From: a virus
Taxonomy: Duplodnaviria > Heunggongvirae > Uroviricota > Caudoviricetes
DNA: 42,396 nucleotides
IMG/VR virus record: IMGVR_UViG_2861064056_000003
Reading direction: 5' to 3' (one strand)
The number at the start of each line of letters is the position of its first letter. Position 1 is the first letter of the stretch. This document shows positions 36,101-42,396 of this stretch, piece by piece. The notes beneath the pieces are model-generated. The model ran no database searches. It was not told where the DNA came from and was given only the letters and a program-made list of their open reading frames with translations. A program made the position numbers and the translations under genes.

Positions 36101-36198
36101 ATGGACTCCTTGTGTCCGCGTCATCATTACAAACAATAACTGTAATTACAAATTATATTTGCAATGCTCCCTACAATTAAACCTTGTATCCTTACGGT
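36101..36198. promoter_or_regulatory. Divergent promoter/operator region (OR-like)
   Basis: 98-bp AT-rich gap with TTACAAA at 36127 and 36146, inverted TTTGCAA at 36158, and dyad TTACA-N9-TGTAA at 36127..36145. Confidence 0.5.
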
Positions 36199-36612
36199 AT
36201 GAACACAAAAACGAAAAACATGGCTTTTGCTAGCCGACTACAACGGATTCTAAAAGACTTAGGCTGGTCTCAATCTGAGTTAGCTCGCCATATTGGGGTT
36301 ACGGCTCAATCAGTTCAGGCATGGTGTAATGGGGTAACTCCAAGAAAAGATAAATTAGACAAGCTAGCAAAAGTGACCGGATACCCTGTTCATTTTTTCT
36401 TCATGAATGAAGGGGAATATTTGGATGAATCCACACTACACCCGGGTAATTACAATCAAGAACTAACCCCGCAAGAACAGGCTCTACTGCAACTATTCAG
36501 AGGACTGCCTGAGAGCGAAAAAAATAAATTAATCAATGAGCTAAAAGAAAAAAGAGAGCACTTCGATCTACTGCTAAAAGAACTACTTGAAGCCAAAAAC
36601 CAGACAAAATAG
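36199..36612 (+). CDS. DicA-like HTH repressor without a peptidase domain
   Basis: XRE-type HTH (QSELARHIGVTAQSVQAW) plus C-terminal LTPQEQALLQLFRGLPESEKNKLINELKEKREHFDLLLKELLEAKNQTK resembling the recalled E. coli DicA C-terminus; no SD before the ATG. Confidence 0.7.
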   Translation: MNTKTKNMAFASRLQRILKDLGWSQSELARHIGVTAQSVQAWCNGVTPRKDKLDKLAKVTGYPVHFFFMNEGEYLDESTLHPGNYNQELTPQEQALLQLFRGLPESEKNKLINELKEKREHFDLLLKELLEAKNQTK

Positions 36613-36730
36613 TTCAGTTCAAATTTCCAGGCCAGCCGCTGCTGGCATGCAACTTTCCCCTAACACAAAAACACCTTTACACAGTGAATATTTTTTTGCC
36701 CCTCACTACAAATTATTTTTTAAAAACACA

Positions 36731-36759
36731 TTGACCATTACAAATACAAATTGTAAAGT
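36731..36759 (+). promoter_or_regulatory. Putative PL-like promoter with operator dyad
   Basis: TTGACC, 17-bp spacer, TAAAGT; the spacer holds dyad TTACAAAT-ACA-AATTGTAA sharing the OR half-site. Confidence 0.35.
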
Positions 36760-37095
36760 CACTTTCATCAACAACGCTTACCCAGCGGCAGTTGTTCAGA
36801 AACACGTTCTGACAGCCGGAAAGACGGCACCAAATTTTGCGCGTCGGCGCCAACACGGTGACAGAGGGAAAGACTTCACCGGCATATGGCACATGTGTCG
36901 AAGCGGTCTGGATGGAAGCGGAGCCTTAACGCGTTGTCTCCATAGCAGGTAGCCGGAATGTGCAAGCCACAGCCAGGTATGAGCGATTGATTCACCATCA
37001 AGGCGATACGGTGTGACCACCAGGGAAGAGTCCTGGCTACAACACGAGAGCGCACTTCATCGACTCAACTTTGAGCTTTGTCGTTAAATTTTGAA

Positions 37096-37181
37096 ATGGC
37101 GGAGTGCGCTCCCGGTTGTGGTGAACAGGTGTTTAACGGGAACTCCCTGCCCGTTACCCGGTTCGATTCCGGGCGCCCATC
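37096..37181 (+). other. tRNA-like element with canonical T-arm, not a confident tRNA
   Basis: CCCGG-TTCGATT-CCGGG T-arm and a preceding AACGGG..CCCGTT stem-loop, but the acceptor stem fails in two of seven pairs and there is no CCA. Confidence 0.15.
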
Positions 37182-37325
37182 ATCAATTTGCTGTGTTTAG
37201 TCTTTGCCCAGTCCGCACGATGGGCCATTTTTTCACACAGCCAGGTTTTATCGCTGTGCCTGAGTCCCCAACAGGAGAGGCCAAACCCGCAGCGTGACAC
37301 CAGGGAAAGACCGGAGGAAGTACCA

Positions 37326-37338
37326 CGCCTGACCAGCG
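37326..37338 (+). repeat. Intercistronic motif CGCCTGACCAGCG, copy C
   Basis: Same 13-mer as 32897..32910 and 35321..35333 in the plus orientation; GCCTGACCAGC recurs at 37349 and 37384. Confidence 0.55.
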
Positions 37339-37622
37339 TTGACCATGAGCCTGACCAGCTCAAAACAGGAAAGACCAGCCCGGGCCTGACCAGCCCTGTA
37401 CGGTCGTAATGGAAACATAACGACGCCGGAAACGTAACCGGCACCCTTTAGATAGCAAAAGACCCGCACAAGGCGGGCCAGTTACCCCGAACGGCGACCA
37501 AACCATTCGGATTTATCACAAGTGACCAAACTTGTGATGAGGAAAGACCAACGACACTGACGCTATGGAAGCTGATCAATATTCGCTGATCGGCTCTGAG
37601 TATACATTACCAAGGAGTCGCT

Positions 37623-37943
37623 ATGGAAGCGCGCACCATCCCAGTAACACTCTTTATTCATTATGCAACTTCAACTTTCAGCCACGAAAAGCTGCTTGTT
37701 GCGACTGTTGATATGTCAAAAAATTTTCCAGACAGGTACATCCTTCTGGAAAGCCGCGAAATTGAAATTACCGTTAACCAGCCCGAGCCAATCGACATCA
37801 TCGGTTTACAGGTCGAGCAACTGCGTGAACAAAAACAGAAAACAGTCGCCGACGCCCAACAGCGTATTGCTGCTATCGATGACAAAATCCAGCAGTTACT
37901 TTGCATCGAATACACGCCAGATACCGATGAGCTCCCCTACTAA
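37623..37943 (+). CDS. Hypothetical early protein
   Basis: 106 aa; strong RBS AAGGAG; first clear gene of the plus-strand operon. Confidence 0.45.
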   Translation: MEARTIPVTLFIHYATSTFSHEKLLVATVDMSKNFPDRYILLESREIEITVNQPEPIDIIGLQVEQLREQKQKTVADAQQRIAAIDDKIQQLLCIEYTPDTDELPY

Positions 37944-37973
37944 AAACCACTGACCTGTAATGAGGAAAGACCA

Positions 37974-40190
37974 ATGACCATTTTTAACGGCTTGTTAGAA
38001 GCGAAAAAAGGCGCGCTCAAAAACGGCGCGATCCCGGCGCTGGCCATCGCCATCGCCGCCCCTAACAAAAAAGTTGCCGAGAACATCATCATCGGCAAAT
38101 TGTGGGAAGCCTACCCTGACCACGGCGACAACTATTTCAAACCTAAAATCTGGGAAGATGCCCCGGGCCAACCGCGCCCAGGCGTCGGTGAGTTTGATGA
38201 GACGTTTGCCACAGAACACAGTTTTGATGGCGAAAAATGGGTAGTTAACACTCCTGTTGATTCAGATTGCAGTTCAGCAGATATCTCACAGGTTAGCGAC
38301 CTGATGAAACTGCCGGCTCGTGAACGATTCGCCGCCGTTCTGCTGTTCAGCCACGACGCCAACGAAGTCGACAGTGAATTGCTTGTGCAGACGCGTGAAT
38401 ACCTGGAGATGCTCGATAACAGTGATACTGACAGTGAGGATGAGGTTGACGCGTTTAACCGCATCGTTCTTGATGCCATGGTGGCGTGTAAGCCCATCGA
38501 GTACATGCATATTGCTGGATTGAATAATCTGGTACATGCAATTTTGGCAAGTTGCGATACCCAGGAACAAAACCCGACCAGTTGGACTATCTCCAAATTT
38601 ATAAAAAAATGGGTAGAGAATCCCGGTAAACGAGATGAAATGCTGCCGGAGGTAAAACCAGAAACAGCATCCGCACGTCCTTACAAACAGACTCACGCCA
38701 CTCTGGATCGTGAAATTGCCTGCGCCCTGTTACCTGTTGCCCCGGAAAAAATCACCCCCAGCATCCTGAAAGCGGCAGACGAAATAATCAGTCAGGACAG
38801 GGAAGATTTTAAACGCTGGTCAATGGCCTTGCGCACAACGGATCAGATCCTTGCCTATGACCGCGCATCAGTATTCGGTGTTATTCAGAGCGCCCCCGCA
38901 AAAGACACGTACCACTTCCCACAATCCCTGCGCAGTCACATCGACAACTGGCTGCAAGCTAACGGGCAGCGTGATGCAAATGCTGTTGAAGAGAAGCCAA
39001 AGGAAGCAGCACCCAAGGATGATGTAAAAGTCACCAACCACGGCGGCGGACGATTCTCAATTGATGGGATGATGTCAGAAACACCCTCAAATCAGGGCGA
39101 AAAAAGCGAAGCTGCAAATGCTGGAGAACGTAGTTTGCAGCAGTTGCGTGAGCAGTTTGTCACGCCTCGCCATGTGTATGACGTACCTGAAAATAACGCC
39201 GTATCACAGAGGGAACCTGCAGCTATTACCCTGGCAGAAGAGACTCCTCCACAAGAACAACTTAGCGAGCAGGTAAAGGATCTGGTGCAGAACGTTGACG
39301 CGCTGGTTGAGCGGATCCATGCCGAAGAGCACAAGCGGCAGAATGCAATCTCAGCTATCGAAACGGAGTTAAAGGACTCAGATGACACGGATAACCTGGC
39401 ATTGTGGAAGAACGTATTCAAAACCGATGAGCGCTTCACCAGTGCTTTCTCTCAGAATGGCGGCGGCACATCCATCAACGGCACTTATATAGCGATGAAA
39501 GCGACTCGCGAATTTGGGCCATTTGGTATTGGCTGGGGGGTAGAGGTGCTGGAGGAGCGCTTTGATAAAGGCGCACCAATAGTTCGCAAAAAACAGGTTG
39601 GTGAAAAAATAGAATGGGATCTGATTCAAGACGGTGTTGGCGGGTACCTATGTGAAATGCACCACACCATGAAAGTGAGAGTCTGGTACATATTGAATGG
39701 GGTACGCGGTGAGTCCGAGGCTTACGGATGCACACCTTATATCTACGACACTAAATACGGACCAACAAGCGACGGCGAAGCACCGAAGAAATCCTGGACG
39801 GATGCTGTTAAGAAAGCGCTATCCCCTCTCGGATTCAGCGCCGATATTTTCATGGGCCTGTACGACAATCCGGAATACCGCCAGAGGAATAAAGCTGAGT
39901 TTGATATCAAGAATGCCAGCGAGAATGCGGAAGATGCTACCCGTCTGCGTAAGGAACTGGATGAGAAGCTTATCAACGTTGCCAATACGCTGGCCGCCGC
40001 GGTAACCGCCAACGAAGTAAACAAGGTATTTGGCCTCATCGCCCGCGAAGTGGATGTACACAGGAAAGCAGCGGAAACCAAAGGCGATAAAGAATATTCA
40101 TCGTATCTGGGATCACGTCTGCGCCGTATCACCGACATTAAAACTGAACGCCTCGCCGCCCTTACCGCTGCACAGGAGCAAACAGCATGA
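37974..40190 (+). CDS. Rad52/Sak-like single-strand annealing protein with ~480-aa N-terminal extension
   Basis: C-terminal half has YIAMKATREFGPFGIGWG and SWTDAVKKALSPLGFSADIFMGLYD, resembling Rad52-family motifs (YIEG...ANE.FG.NGW and TDA.KRAL..FGN..G..LYD); acidic linkers; 738 aa. Confidence 0.5.
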   Translation: MTIFNGLLEAKKGALKNGAIPALAIAIAAPNKKVAENIIIGKLWEAYPDHGDNYFKPKIWEDAPGQPRPGVGEFDETFATEHSFDGEKWVVNTPVDSDCSSADISQVSDLMKLPARERFAAVLLFSHDANEVDSELLVQTREYLEMLDNSDTDSEDEVDAFNRIVLDAMVACKPIEYMHIAGLNNLVHAILASCDTQEQNPTSWTISKFIKKWVENPGKRDEMLPEVKPETASARPYKQTHATLDREIACALLPVAPEKITPSILKAADEIISQDREDFKRWSMALRTTDQILAYDRASVFGVIQSAPAKDTYHFPQSLRSHIDNWLQANGQRDANAVEEKPKEAAPKDDVKVTNHGGGRFSIDGMMSETPSNQGEKSEAANAGERSLQQLREQFVTPRHVYDVPENNAVSQREPAAITLAEETPPQEQLSEQVKDLVQNVDALVERIHAEEHKRQNAISAIETELKDSDDTDNLALWKNVFKTDERFTSAFSQNGGGTSINGTYIAMKATREFGPFGIGWGVEVLEERFDKGAPIVRKKQVGEKIEWDLIQDGVGGYLCEMHHTMKVRVWYILNGVRGESEAYGCTPYIYDTKYGPTSDGEAPKKSWTDAVKKALSPLGFSADIFMGLYDNPEYRQRNKAEFDIKNASENAEDATRLRKELDEKLINVANTLAAAVTANEVNKVFGLIAREVDVHRKAAETKGDKEYSSYLGSRLRRITDIKTERLAALTAAQEQTA

Positions 40191-40756
40191 GCACTGCTAT
40201 CGCTATTGCAAAAGAATATGCCAGTCTGATTGACCTGTTAGAAACCGCCGATGAACTGACGCCAGAGATGATCGCCGACACGCTTGAAGGCATGGAAGGA
40301 GAACTGGGAGACAAACTGGACGCCATGATGGTCATCTGCCGTAATTTACAGGGCAATGCCAATACCTGCGCTGAAGAAATGTCTCGCCTGGCAACCCGTA
40401 AGACGTCCTTTGAAGGCAAGGAAAAAGCAATTCGAAAGCATATGCTCACCTGCCTGCAAGCTGCTGGCCTGGATAAACTGAAAACCGCAAAAAACACATT
40501 TACTGATGCACAGGGGGCTATCCGGGTAATTATCGATAGCAAAGATAAGATCCCGGATGAGTATGAGGGCGTGTCACTTGTTGATGTAGAAACGGTTATT
40601 ACACCAAACAAGCGAGCCATTAAAGAAGTGATTGAATCTGCGGAGGCGGTTGCCGCCGAAATACTGGCGCGTGGAGAAACACCACCAGCCGAGTTATTAA
40701 ACCCGGTACCAGGCGCACATCTGGAACGCGGCGAACGGTCACTGAGGATACGCTAA
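40187..40756 (+). CDS. Gp157-family protein
   Basis: 189 aa; ATGA overlap with the annealing-protein gene; ..DSKDKIPDEYEG.. resembles the Gp157 family pattern. Confidence 0.5.
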   Translation: MSTAIAIAKEYASLIDLLETADELTPEMIADTLEGMEGELGDKLDAMMVICRNLQGNANTCAEEMSRLATRKTSFEGKEKAIRKHMLTCLQAAGLDKLKTAKNTFTDAQGAIRVIIDSKDKIPDEYEGVSLVDVETVITPNKRAIKEVIESAEAVAAEILARGETPPAELLNPVPGAHLERGERSLRIR

Positions 40757-40938
40757 TGCTTAAACTCACATTAAAGCGTGGTGACGCGGTTCACCTGGTA
40801 CTTGCCGATGGTACCAATGGCATTATTGAAGCACGGAGCCGCTGCGAACTTGGGCTACACCTGCCAGAAAACATTAAGGTCACTCGGGAGAAATCGGCAT
40901 TCACCCCACAAGAACTGATTACGCCTAATCAGAAATAA
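40756..40938 (+). CDS. Small protein (60 aa), loosely CsrA-like at the N-terminus
   Basis: TAATG overlap with the upstream gene; MLKLTLKRGDAVHL.. has weak resemblance to CsrA MLILTRRVGETLMI.. Confidence 0.35.
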   Translation: MLKLTLKRGDAVHLVLADGTNGIIEARSRCELGLHLPENIKVTREKSAFTPQELITPNQK

Positions 40939-40987
40939 AAACTCACCATCGCTAGCATTGCGATTCACCAGACACCGGAGGATCACA

Positions 40988-41212
40988 ATGCTGCGATGGC
41001 AACCGGGAGCAACTCTGCTCTCCGCATTTGATATCAAAATTGGTCGACTGTCGGCCAGCGTCAGGAAACAGACTTTGACCGAGTCTGATATTGCCCGTGC
41101 CTGCCAGAAGGCAGATGACGCAATAAGCTACATAATGAGGAAAGACCATGAAAAGCGATCACGACATAATCACCAGAGAAGAAATGGTCGAGCTGACGGG
41201 AAGCCCACTTAA
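40988..41212 (+). CDS. Hypothetical small basic protein
   Basis: ATG at 40988 preceded by RBS GGAGGA; overlaps the next gene by 64 nt. Confidence 0.3.
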   Translation: MLRWQPGATLLSAFDIKIGRLSASVRKQTLTESDIARACQKADDAISYIMRKDHEKRSRHNHQRRNGRADGKPT

Positions 41213-41411
41213 ATCAAAGCAATGTGAGGCTCTTCGCCGGGCTGGAATTTTCTTCATGGAAAGGGCTGACGGACACCCAAAAACAACCTGGGGCCATTTC
41301 ATGAACCCAATAAAATTTCGCAATTTACAGGAGGTGACGACGCGAAAAGATGATGAACCTGATTTTGGAGCAATATTTAATGGCCGGAAAGAGAAAGAAC
41401 CCAGCAGATAA
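41148..41411 (+). CDS. Excisionase-like protein (DUF4224-type, directly upstream of int)
   Basis: 87 aa preceded by AATGAGGAAAGACC; position and size fit small integrase-adjacent directionality factors. Confidence 0.45.
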   Translation: MKSDHDIITREEMVELTGSPLKSKQCEALRRAGIFFMERADGHPKTTWGHFMNPIKFRNLQEVTTRKDDEPDFGAIFNGRKEKEPSR

Positions 41412-42396
41412 CTGGATGCCGCCTCGTGTTTACCAGGGCAAAGCGGCCTACGAATTCAGGAATAAAGATAACAAAGCGATACGCCTGTGCGCATTGGATG
41501 CACCACGATCAGCCGTATGGCTGGCATATGAAAAAGCGGTCGGTGACGAAAAAGAAAGAAATACTTTTCAGGCGCTCACGGAACAATTCATGACCTCCCC
41601 TGATTTTATGGATTTGGCAGTCGAAACCCGGAAAGACTACACAAAATATTCCGGAAAAGTTCTGCCTGTCTTCGGGAAGATCGACCCGGATAAAATCAAA
41701 CCTGAACATATTCGGCGCTATATGGATCAACGCGGTTTATCAAGCCGAACTCAGGCAAACAGGGAAAAAAGCTTTATGTCCCGGGTATTCCGTTGGGGTT
41801 ATGAACGAGGTTATGTTCAGAGGAATCCTTGTCAGGGAGTTAAACAGTTTAAAGAGAAAGCTCGCGAACGTTATATTACGGATGAAGAATATCAGGCCGT
41901 TTATGAAGTGTCTCCTGATGTTGTTCGCGTAGCAATGGAGATTGCCTACTTATGCGTGGCCAGACAGAGTGATGTACTTTCATTGCAGAAAGACCAGCTG
42001 TTCGATTCCGGGATCTACATTCGTCAGGGAAAAACCGGCGTTAAGCAAATCAAAGCCTGGTCGCCTCGTCTGCAGAAAGCGATAGCTCTGGCTCGTTCTC
42101 TGCCATTAAAAACGGGAATCAGTAGCCTGTTTGTGATTCATCAAACTACCGGTGGCAAGTATACCCGTGATGGTTTTAACTCTCGTTGGCGTGATGTCAA
42201 AGCGGCAGCACAGGAAAAATATCCTCATCTGCAAATAGACTTCACATTTCATGATCTGAAAGCAAAAGGTATCTCTGATCTGGAAGGCAGCCTGGAAGAG
42301 AAGCAAGCAATTTCCGGGCATAAGAACCCGCGACAGACAGCAGCATATGACCGGAAAGTTAAAGTAGTGCCCGTAGTTGGTGGCCAGAGAAAATGA
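41380..42396 (+). CDS. int: Tyrosine integrase (lambda Int family)
   Basis: C-terminal HDLKAKG...GHKNPRQTAAYDR matches the catalytic region of recalled lambda Int (HELRS...GHKSDTMASQYRD); start taken at MAGKRKN; track ORF is 41350..42396. Confidence 0.85.
   Translation: MAGKRKNPADNWMPPRVYQGKAAYEFRNKDNKAIRLCALDAPRSAVWLAYEKAVGDEKERNTFQALTEQFMTSPDFMDLAVETRKDYTKYSGKVLPVFGKIDPDKIKPEHIRRYMDQRGLSSRTQANREKSFMSRVFRWGYERGYVQRNPCQGVKQFKEKARERYITDEEYQAVYEVSPDVVRVAMEIAYLCVARQSDVLSLQKDQLFDSGIYIRQGKTGVKQIKAWSPRLQKAIALARSLPLKTGISSLFVIHQTTGGKYTRDGFNSRWRDVKAAAQEKYPHLQIDFTFHDLKAKGISDLEGSLEEKQAISGHKNPRQTAAYDRKVKVVPVVGGQRK

Noticed and set aside
35296-36198. DicF-like small RNA near the DicA-like immunity region
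   Set aside because: No segment matching the recalled DicF sequence was seen by eye; cannot be excluded without a covariance-model search
36587-36952. Plus-strand 121-aa ORF overlapping the repressor 3' end
   Set aside because: Spans the predicted promoter and operator dyad, starts inside the repressor gene, low-complexity translation
37096-37181. Bona fide tRNA gene
   Set aside because: Only the T-arm is canonical; the acceptor stem mispairs at two of seven positions, D and anticodon arms cannot be placed and there is no CCA. Kept only as a low-confidence tRNA-like element
37995-38696. Minus-strand ORFs (74-154 aa) inside the annealing-protein gene
   Set aside because: Antisense to a gene with recognisable Rad52-like motifs and coupled neighbours; Ser/Cys-rich low-complexity translations
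1-42396. CRISPR arrays, rRNA genes, or attL/attR core repeats
   Set aside because: No regularly spaced direct repeats or rRNA-like sequence were seen; integrase and gpD end at the window edges, so attachment sites probably lie just outside

Overview
The window reads as an essentially complete ~42 kb temperate enterobacterial prophage, annotated by eye from the six-frame track; no searches were run, so every homology call rests on recalled sequences and motifs. It starts at the stop codon of the last tail gene (minus strand, positions 1-3) and ends at the stop codon of a tyrosine integrase (plus strand, 42394-42396). Layout: (i) 1-19295, minus-strand late operon with a P2-like contractile tail module (D, X, U, T, E, FII, FI, G, H, I, J, W, V, R/S-like) joined to a lambda-like head and packaging module (FII, FI, E, D, C, B, W, A, Nu1-like); (ii) 19296-19650 cos region; (iii) 19969-22975 lysis cassette, Q-like antiterminator with a tR'-like terminator, and nin-like genes; (iv) 23000-31100 accessory island: LexA-box-controlled small gene, ImmA/IrrE-type peptidase operon cut by an intact IS1, a low-GC membrane-protein gene, 1.2 kb of ORF-free AT-rich DNA with a C9 tract, a DUF1311 lipoprotein and an antirepressor-like gene; (v) 31289-36100 minus-strand early operon (nin genes, DnaB-family helicase, replication initiator, YdaT-like, Cro/YdaS-like); (vi) 36199-42396 plus-strand operon: DicA-like repressor without a peptidase domain, ~0.9 kb ORF-poor leader, Rad52-like annealing protein with a long N-terminal extension, Gp157-like protein, small proteins, excisionase-like protein and integrase. 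No rRNA, CRISPR array or convincing tRNA was found. The best candidates for something undescribed are the SOS-box small gene beside a non-cleavable repressor, the ImmA-peptidase/membrane-protein operon inactivated by IS1, the repeat-bounded low-GC cargo, and a conserved intercistronic motif repeated across the early operons.
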